Positions 57,751 through 64,000 of a stretch of DNA of 64,000 nt are shown here, one piece after another. Source of the stretch: Acidaminobacteraceae bacterium (GTDB taxonomy: Bacteria > Bacillota > Clostridia > Peptostreptococcales > Acidaminobacteraceae); assembly GCA_041781135.1 (NCBI GenBank), contig JBHAZV010000006.1, forward strand, positions 8,276-72,275, read 5' to 3'. Each line of letters starts with the position of its first letter. Positions within the stretch are counted from its first letter, which is position 1. The notes under the pieces are model-generated. The model made no database searches. It saw only the letters and a program-made list of their open reading frames with translations, and was not told the DNA's origin. The position numbers and the translations under genes are program-made.

Positions 57751-58581
57751 TCAAAGCGAAATCACTATCCCGTTTTTATCAGCGTACATCGAAGAAAGAC
57801 CCGCGCACTTTGATACAAAAACCTCAACCTGCTTATACGCATTTTCTATCTCGTGTTTTATCTGCATCGCCCTCTTGCTGGCTGTGACATATGACACATA
57901 CACCGAAACTTTCTTTGTTTTTTCGATATTCTCTTTGAGTATCTCGATGAGACGCCTGTAAACCTTCTCTATATTTCTGATCTTTTCAAGCACCTTTATA
58001 TCGCCGTTGTCCGACGACATAATCGGCACAATCTGGAGAGTTGCCGCAAGCAAGCCCTTCCATTTAGGCATCCTGCCATTTTTTATCAAATTGTTGAACG
58101 ACTCGAGCACAAAGTAAGTACACATGTTGTCGGTGAATTTTGTAATCTCCGTTACAACTTCGTCAAACGACATGCCAGCCTCCTTGAATTCCCGAATCTT
58201 TGCCACCACAAGAGTCTCGCCGCTTGCAGCGGATTTGCTGTCTATTACCGCAACCCTCCCGGTTCTCCCCTCTTCCTCGAAGAGTTTTTGAGCGAGCAGC
58301 GCAGAATTATGAGCGCCGGAAAGCTTGCTCGAAAGGCATACAATATAGTATTCGTCTGCGCCTACAAGCGCTTCCAAGTACTCAGCAGGAGCGGGACACG
58401 CAGACTTAGGCGCGTGTTTGGACTCGCTGAAATCCCGAACAAAACCGTCAGCATCAAAACCCTCTAAGTCTATATACTCTTTTTCGCCGAGGTACATCTT
58501 GTACGGTATGATAACAGGATCAAGCTTTGCCTTGATTTCCGGCGACATATCAGCCGAACTGTCAACTATGATCTTGTACAT
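57751..58581 (-). CDS. DegV-family protein (second copy)
   Basis: 276 aa. MYKIIVDSSADM N-terminus. Confidence 0.8.
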   Translation of the reverse strand: MYKIIVDSSADMSPEIKAKLDPVIIPYKMYLGEKEYIDLEGFDADGFVRDFSESKHAPKSACPAPAEYLEALVGADEYYIVCLSSKLSGAHNSALLAQKLFEEEGRTGRVAVIDSKSAASGETLVVAKIREFKEAGMSFDEVVTEITKFTDNMCTYFVLESFNNLIKNGRMPKWKGLLAATLQIVPIMSSDNGDIKVLEKIRNIEKVYRRLIEILKENIEKTKKVSVYVSYVTASKRAMQIKHEIENAYKQVEVFVSKCAGLSSMYADKNGIVISL

Positions 58582-58582
58582 A

Positions 58583-59194
58583 CTAACCTCCGAATACTAT
58601 CTCTCTCTCCCTTTTCTGAGCGAGGTCTTCCAAGATTCCCGCTTTTTCGCTCATCTCAGCGACAAACTCCTGATCCTTTATCGACTCCAGATTTATCCTC
58701 ACGTTAAATAGCGCTCCGAGCACAGCGGTTCTCGCCATCATCGTACCGACGAGAGCATCGCTCTTAGCGTTGCTGTTCCCGTGTTTAACCAAAAATTCCA
58801 AGGTATCAAAAAGCGCCGCCGATTTTTCAGCAACCTTCATCGGAATTTCCGCCGCGCCTTTAAGTGCGTTCTGAATTGCTGCTGTTCTCGCTTTTTTTTC
58901 GTCGTCGCTCGCCTTTGGAAGCCCAAACGCCGACATAACTTTATCAAACGCTTCCGCGTCTTCCTCCATAAAAAGCAAAAATTCCCCGGCAAGCGAATCG
59001 CATTTATCGATTATTTCGAGCGCCGAAGCACTGTGCTCCTCGTAGCCCTTTTTGCCGGAGGTCAGCCTTGCCACCATTGCCGCAAGCGAACACGCCACAG
59101 CAGAGCAAAGCGCCGCAACAGAGCCCCCCCCCGGAACGGGCTCGGACGAAGCAAGAGCTTCGCTGAACTGCACAATTGTCTTTTCCTTTAACAT
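58583..59194 (-). CDS. Formimidoyltetrahydrofolate cyclodeaminase-like (cyclodeaminase/cyclohydrolase family)
   Basis: 203-aa helical protein. SSEPVPGGGSVAAL motif. Neighbours the formimidoyltransferase and hutI genes. Confidence 0.7.
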   Translation of the reverse strand: MLKEKTIVQFSEALASSEPVPGGGSVAALCSAVACSLAAMVARLTSGKKGYEEHSASALEIIDKCDSLAGEFLLFMEEDAEAFDKVMSAFGLPKASDDEKKARTAAIQNALKGAAEIPMKVAEKSAALFDTLEFLVKHGNSNAKSDALVGTMMARTAVLGALFNVRINLESIKDQEFVAEMSEKAGILEDLAQKREREIVFGG

Positions 59195-59217
59195 ACTGTC
59201 TCCTTCCTTTGCTAAAA

Positions 59218-60474
59218 TCAGTAACTACGGGTAAACACTACCGCTCCGTCTTTTACGACCTGCCTTACCGTGCTCACCCCAATATGATAAGCCATAAATT
59301 TGTAGCTTGGAAATTCATGAATCAAGAGATCGGCGTTTTTGCCCACCACAATACTGCCGATCTTATCGGCTCTGCCGACCGCCGCAGCCCCGTTTATTGT
59401 AATTGCCGTAAGCACTTCCTCGGCAGTCATCTTCATCTTGTTTGTAGCTATTGCAATAAGAAGCGGAATACTCTCCGAAAAGCAGCTTCCCGGATTAAAA
59501 TCAGTTGCAAGAGCTACTGCAAGGCCGTTATCCACCATATACCTCGCCCTTGCGAAGGGTTCGTTTAGCGAAAACGCCGTAAGCGGAAGCAGCGTAGCCA
59601 CTACGCCCGCATCCCTCATTGCGAGCAGCCCGGCGTCAGAAGCCTTTAACAGATGATCTGCCGAACACACAGCAAGCTCTGCAGCAAGTTCTGCACCGCC
59701 AAGAGTGGTTATTTCGTCCGCGTGTATTTTCAGACCAAGGCCTAACTGCCTCGCCGCCATCAGGTACGAACGCGATTCATCCACAGAAAATACGCCTTCC
59801 TCGCAAAAAATGTCGGCAAAATCCGCAAGCCCCTCTATGCTTGCCTCAGTCATCACATCTATCATATCGCGCATAAACCGTTTTCGGTTTGTCTTCCATT
59901 CGGGCGGAACTGCATGCGGCCCCATAAAGGTCGGAACTACAGTCACAGTATGCCTGCTGCAGAGCTCCTTCATCACGCGAAGCTGCATAAGTTCAGTATC
60001 GCGATCGAGCCCATACCCGGATTTGCCCTCGACGGTAGTGACTCCAAAACTGAGCATAGAGTTCAGCCTTGCATAGCCGGCGTCAAAAAGTTCCTGTTCA
60101 CTTGCAGCCCTCGTACTGCCGACAGTGCTGACAATACCGCCGCCCGCCTGCATAATCTCCATATAGCTGCGGCCCTTAAGACGCATATCATACTCGTTTT
60201 CTCTGTAACCGCCAAACACAAAATGCGTATGTGAATCTACAAAACCCGGAGTAACGCAGCATCCTCCGGCATCCAAGACCTCGTAACCGTCAGATTTTAG
60301 CGCCTCCAGATCCACATCCGGGGTCGGAATGACATTTGTTATTATTCCATTTTCTGATAGTACAGAATGCTCCCTAAGCAACCCGATCTCGTTCATATCT
60401 TTGCCAAAACGGGCAGAATTACTTCCGCCCATTGTGACAATTTCAGATGCACCATATATTACAAGTTTTTTCAT
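59218..60474 (-). CDS. hutI: Imidazolonepropionase
   Basis: 418-aa amidohydrolase. Motifs: GFVDSHTH, KIHADE, ATDFNPGS. Confidence 0.85.
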   Translation of the reverse strand: MKKLVIYGASEIVTMGGSNSARFGKDMNEIGLLREHSVLSENGIITNVIPTPDVDLEALKSDGYEVLDAGGCCVTPGFVDSHTHFVFGGYRENEYDMRLKGRSYMEIMQAGGGIVSTVGSTRAASEQELFDAGYARLNSMLSFGVTTVEGKSGYGLDRDTELMQLRVMKELCSRHTVTVVPTFMGPHAVPPEWKTNRKRFMRDMIDVMTEASIEGLADFADIFCEEGVFSVDESRSYLMAARQLGLGLKIHADEITTLGGAELAAELAVCSADHLLKASDAGLLAMRDAGVVATLLPLTAFSLNEPFARARYMVDNGLAVALATDFNPGSCFSESIPLLIAIATNKMKMTAEEVLTAITINGAAAVGRADKIGSIVVGKNADLLIHEFPSYKFMAYHIGVSTVRQVVKDGAVVFTRSY

Positions 60475-61439
60475 TAACCCAATTTATCCTTGACAATTTT
60501 TTCGAGTATCTGATCTTTATTAAAATCAGTCGCTTTAAGATATTTCTTTGCAAGCGCCACAATACCGTCAAAATCGTCGCGGTCGTAATCGGCGTCTCTC
60601 ATATAAAAATCCAGGGTCTGGGTGATTGCAGCCTTCGGAACAAGCCCTATTATCTCACTCTCGACTATTTTAGCGCCGTAACGCATTGCCTCTATCCCGA
60701 CGAGCTCGTAAGAACGGTACAGCGGAGTTTTTGCATAATCAGTCATATTCATACTGATCTGCGACATTCCCCTGTCGGAGAGGTCAATCCCAATTGCCTT
60801 GCAATACCTGAGCCCGCCGCTTATATGCCTGACACACTTAGCTATTTTGTTGGCGTTTTCGACATTTGCATCGTCAATATTGACATTAAATGCCACGAGA
60901 AAAACCCTTGCCCCTATGGCGGAAACACCGGCAGAAGGATGAATATCGTTGCCGTAATCGAGCTTCCACTCCGGCAGCTTCACTTTTTCCGCCATGCCTT
61001 CGAACTGGCCTTTCCTGACATTTGCAAGGTTCTCTCTGTCGGGACTTGTCGCGGATTTTTCATAAAGATAGCTCGGAATCCCGTGCTTCTCGTATGCGAG
61101 CGCGGCGACTTCTTTCGAAAGCTGCACGCACTCCTCCATCGTAACATTTTCTACCGGAATAAACGGCACAACATCTGTCGCGCCCATTCTCGGATGCTGC
61201 CCCTCGTGGACTCTGAGGTCTATAAGCTCTGCAGCTCTGCCCATCGCGTCGACAACGGCGTGCTTCAGCGGCTCAGCCTCGCCAACCACTGTGACAACCG
61301 TCCTGTTGTGATCCGCATCGGACGAATAATCAAGCAGCAGCACCCCATCGACACCCCTGAAAGCGCCGAGGATTTTTTCCACCTTTTCGAGATCGCGCCC
61401 CTCGCTAAAATTTGGCACACATTCTATTACTTGCTTCAA
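60474..61439 (-). CDS. Glutamate formimidoyltransferase
   Basis: 321 aa. IECVPNFSEGRD N-terminus is diagnostic of the FTCD N-domain. Confidence 0.85.
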   Translation of the reverse strand: MKQVIECVPNFSEGRDLEKVEKILGAFRGVDGVLLLDYSSDADHNRTVVTVVGEAEPLKHAVVDAMGRAAELIDLRVHEGQHPRMGATDVVPFIPVENVTMEECVQLSKEVAALAYEKHGIPSYLYEKSATSPDRENLANVRKGQFEGMAEKVKLPEWKLDYGNDIHPSAGVSAIGARVFLVAFNVNIDDANVENANKIAKCVRHISGGLRYCKAIGIDLSDRGMSQISMNMTDYAKTPLYRSYELVGIEAMRYGAKIVESEIIGLVPKAAITQTLDFYMRDADYDRDDFDGIVALAKKYLKATDFNKDQILEKIVKDKLG

Positions 61440-62384
61440 TTATTTTGCCTCCAGCTTTATAGCCAATTTTTCGAGCATATCTCTTGTCATTGCATCGAGA
61501 TCGTACTCCGCCTTCCATCCCCACTCTTCGCGCGCAGCGCTGTCGTCGAGCGAATTCGGCCACGAATTTGCTATATTCTGTTTTATCTCGTCTATCTTGT
61601 AAGTCATTGTAAAATCAGGTCTGTATTTTCTTATTGAAGCGGCGATATCCTCCGGACAGAAACTCATTGCAGCAATATTAAACGCATTTCTGTGAACGAG
61701 CTTTGCAGGATCAGCTTCTGCAAGCATTATGATTGAATTGAGCGCATCCGGCATATACATCATGTCCATATATGTATCTGCAGCGAGGTTACACTCAAAA
61801 GTATTTTTCTTGAGCGCGTCATAATAGATATGTACAGCGTAGTCAGTAGTTCCACCCCCCGGAAGCGCCTTGTAAGAAATAAGACCCGGGAATCTGACGC
61901 CCCTCGTATCGACGCCGAATCTCTTGAAATAATAGTCGCAGAGCAATTCGCCGGCAACCTTTGAGACGCCGTAAATTGTCGTCGGCCTCTGAATAGTATC
62001 CTGCGGAGTATTGTCTTTAGGAGTGCTCGGACCAAATGCAGCGATCGAGCTTGGAGTAAAGAGCATAAGATTCTTTTCTCTTGCCACTTCAAGGCAGTTA
62101 TAAAGACCGTTCATATTAATGTCCCAAAGCTCGTGAGGCTTTGCTTCGCCAACTGCCGAAAGAAGCGCAGCAAGGTTTATAATTGTGTCAATCTTGTGCT
62201 TGTCGACAACCTCTGCAACCTGCTTAATATCGGTGATATTGCAGATTTCAAATAATCCGTCCATATCCGGATACTGCCTTCTGCCCGATGCAACGACATT
62301 GTTTTCGCCGTATTCCTTGCGCAACCTTTCTGTGAGCTCAAAACCTATCTGTCCGCCAGCGCCAGTGATTAGAATTTTTTTCAT
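61440..62384 (-). CDS. tdh: NAD-dependent epimerase/dehydratase-fold L-threonine 3-dehydrogenase
   Basis: 314 aa. Motifs: ILITGAGGQIG, YGVSK, LPGGGTTDYAV. Confidence 0.7.
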   Translation of the reverse strand: MKKILITGAGGQIGFELTERLRKEYGENNVVASGRRQYPDMDGLFEICNITDIKQVAEVVDKHKIDTIINLAALLSAVGEAKPHELWDINMNGLYNCLEVAREKNLMLFTPSSIAAFGPSTPKDNTPQDTIQRPTTIYGVSKVAGELLCDYYFKRFGVDTRGVRFPGLISYKALPGGGTTDYAVHIYYDALKKNTFECNLAADTYMDMMYMPDALNSIIMLAEADPAKLVHRNAFNIAAMSFCPEDIAASIRKYRPDFTMTYKIDEIKQNIANSWPNSLDDSAAREEWGWKAEYDLDAMTRDMLEKLAIKLEAK

Positions 62385-62426
62385 ACTATTCTCCTGTTTT
62401 TATTTGTAATATTTAACGCACACTGC

Positions 62427-63818
62427 TTAGTATGCTATGCTGCCTGGAGTTCTCGGAAACGGCTGCACATCCCTTATGTTCTCCATTCCCGTAACATACA
62501 TTATAAGCCTTTCGAGGCCGAGACCGAACCCGGCATGCTTGGACGTTCCGTACTTGCTGAGGTCGAGATACCACTCATAATCCTCCATCTTGAATCCGAG
62601 ATCTATAATTCTCTTTTTAAGATATTCGTGACGCTCTTCTCTCTGCGAGCAGCCGATTATCTCGCCTATGCCTGGCACAAGCAGATCTGTCGCCGCAACG
62701 GTTTTGCCGTCGTCATTCAATCTCATATAAAACGCCTTTACATCCTTAGGATAGTCGTAAACGAACACAGGCGAACCGAATACCTGATCGGTCAGGTATT
62801 TTTCGTGTTCCGTCTGCAGAGCTATACCCCATTCCGGTTTGAATTCGAACTCAGCCCCGGATTTTTTAAGTATCTCTATTGCATCTGTATACTTCAGCTT
62901 CTTAAATTCCGAATCGCGAACTTTTTCGAGCCTCTCGATAACTCCCTTCTGAATCCTCTCGTCAAAGAAATTCATCTCATCCCTGCAGGTTTTGAGAACA
63001 TCATCCGCGACATATTTTATCATATCCTCCGCAAGCGCCATGGCGTCGAACAGATCTGCAAATGATATTTCCGGCTCTATCTGCCAGAATTCTGCGGCAT
63101 GCCTCTTTGTATTGGAATTTTCTGCCCTGAAAGTAGGTCCAAATGTATATATTTTCCTGAATGCCTGAGCAAACGCCTCTCCTGCAAGCTGCGCGGAAAC
63201 CGAAAGGTGAGCTGTCTTTCCGAAAAAATCCTTTGACGTATCCACTTTGCCGTCTCTCATGGGCAGATTGTCAAAATCGAGGTTTGTAACCTTAAACATC
63301 TCTCCTGCACCTTCTGCGTCGGAGCTTGTCAGTATAGGAGCCAATACATATATGAAGCCGCGTGACTGGAAAAAATTGTGAATCGCACGACTTATTGCAT
63401 TGCTGACTCTAAACACCGCTTGAAATGTATTGCTCCTCGGACGCAGATGAGCGATAGTCCTGAGAAATTCCATGCTGTGCCTCTTCTTTTGAAGCGGATA
63501 ATCGGGCGCAGACGAACCCAAAAGCACTATTTCTTCGGCGTAAATTTCGAACGCCTGCTTTGCGCCCTCTGTAGCTCTGAGCACGCCGCTAACTTCTATT
63601 GAAGACGAAATTCCAAATTTTTCTATTTCATTGAAATTGTCGAGATGGTCGTCGTAGACAACCTGTATATTGTTCATCATAGAACCGTCGTTTACCTCGA
63701 TAAACCCGAAATTCTTAGACTTACGTGAAGTTCTGATCCAGCCGCTTATTGCCACCTTTTGTTCTGCAAGCGACTCCCAATCGCGGTACAGATCGCTTAT
63801 GAGTTTTTTGCTGTACAT
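62427..63818 (-). CDS. asnS: Asparagine--tRNA ligase
   Basis: ORF 62427..63836. ATG 63818 lies 5 nt after AAGGAGG. Class IIb motifs: [15 protein letters not shown]. Confidence 0.9.
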   Translation of the reverse strand: MYSKKLISDLYRDWESLAEQKVAISGWIRTSRKSKNFGFIEVNDGSMMNNIQVVYDDHLDNFNEIEKFGISSSIEVSGVLRATEGAKQAFEIYAEEIVLLGSSAPDYPLQKKRHSMEFLRTIAHLRPRSNTFQAVFRVSNAISRAIHNFFQSRGFIYVLAPILTSSDAEGAGEMFKVTNLDFDNLPMRDGKVDTSKDFFGKTAHLSVSAQLAGEAFAQAFRKIYTFGPTFRAENSNTKRHAAEFWQIEPEISFADLFDAMALAEDMIKYVADDVLKTCRDEMNFFDERIQKGVIERLEKVRDSEFKKLKYTDAIEILKKSGAEFEFKPEWGIALQTEHEKYLTDQVFGSPVFVYDYPKDVKAFYMRLNDDGKTVAATDLLVPGIGEIIGCSQREERHEYLKKRIIDLGFKMEDYEWYLDLSKYGTSKHAGFGLGLERLIMYVTGMENIRDVQPFPRTPGSIAY

Positions 63819-63851
63819 AGCACCCTCCTTGCCCATAAAAATCCAAATAGT

Positions 63852-63875
63852 ATTATACCAAAAACTTGGTATAAT
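63852..63875. promoter_or_regulatory. Perfect palindrome ATTATACCAA-N4-TTGGTATAAT, giving two back-to-back extended -10 elements (TGGTATAAT)
   Basis: The right arm serves the plus-strand response-regulator gene, with ATG 6 nt downstream. The left arm serves asnS on the minus strand, giving a leader of about 27 nt with an SD. Confidence 0.55.
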
Positions 63876-63881
63876 TAGAAT

Positions 63882-64000
63882 ATGGAAAAAATACTTATTG
63901 TCGACGATGAAGCAAAAATTCTGCGTATATTGAGGCTTCAGCTTGCTGCAGAGGGATATGACATACTTTCTGCAGAAAACGGCGCGGATGCCGTAGAAAT
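63882..64000 (+). CDS. Response regulator receiver domain (partial, continues beyond the window)
   Basis: [39 protein letters not shown] is a typical REC N-terminus. Confidence 0.8.
   Translation, partial: MEKILIVDDEAKILRILRLQLAAEGYDILSAENGADAVE

Overview
This is a 64-kb chromosomal segment that looks like a Clostridia-class Firmicute, judged from gene content and order (tig-clpP-clpX-lon-engB, pcrA-ligA, coaX-dus-lysS). About 60 genes are present, nearly all on the minus strand. The core content falls into these groups:
- K+ uptake: ktrB-ktrA plus a KdpD-like kinase.
- A cyclic-nucleotide signalling neighbourhood: FecR-like protein, CHASE2 adenylate cyclase, MBL hydrolase and a GAF-HD-GYP protein.
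- Protein quality control (tig, clpP, clpX, lon, engB), recX, a MATE pump, ligA and pcrA.
- The metQNI methionine ABC importer.
- A small type IV pilus/Com-like cluster.
- A partial histidine-degradation set (hutI plus split ftcD), tdh, asnS and lysS.

I folded three tRNAs by hand: tRNA-Sec (selC, anticodon UCA, 8/6/5 architecture), initiator tRNA-fMet and tRNA-Ser(GCU).

A visibly AT-rich mosaic island (about 35.8-42.1 kb) carries several items:
- an ABC exporter next to a decayed radical-SAM/SPASM gene;
- an XRE fragment;
- a frameshifted IS481-like element with TGT... inverted repeats;
- truncated gene fragments;
- a methyltransferase/GNAT pair behind a leader ORF and terminator.

The signals most worth a second look:
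1. A 37-codon ORF with 9 internal Met and 4 Cys codons. It has a consensus SD, is followed 22 nt later by a perfect intrinsic terminator, and sits directly upstream of metQNI. No S-box or T-box is visible there.
2. Five operon-leading genes where a -10 hexamer sits exactly 6 nt before the start codon with no SD. This suggests frequent leaderless mRNAs.
3. A leader ORF plus terminator in front of the island methyltransferase/GNAT pair.
4. Several unexplained repeat architectures: twin covarying hairpins upstream of ktrB, a 5 x 15-bp tandem array, and a TTTGTCGTAA iteron-like array.
5. A PurM-like/RdgB fusion protein.

All calls come from reading the sequence and from motif recall. No database search was possible.
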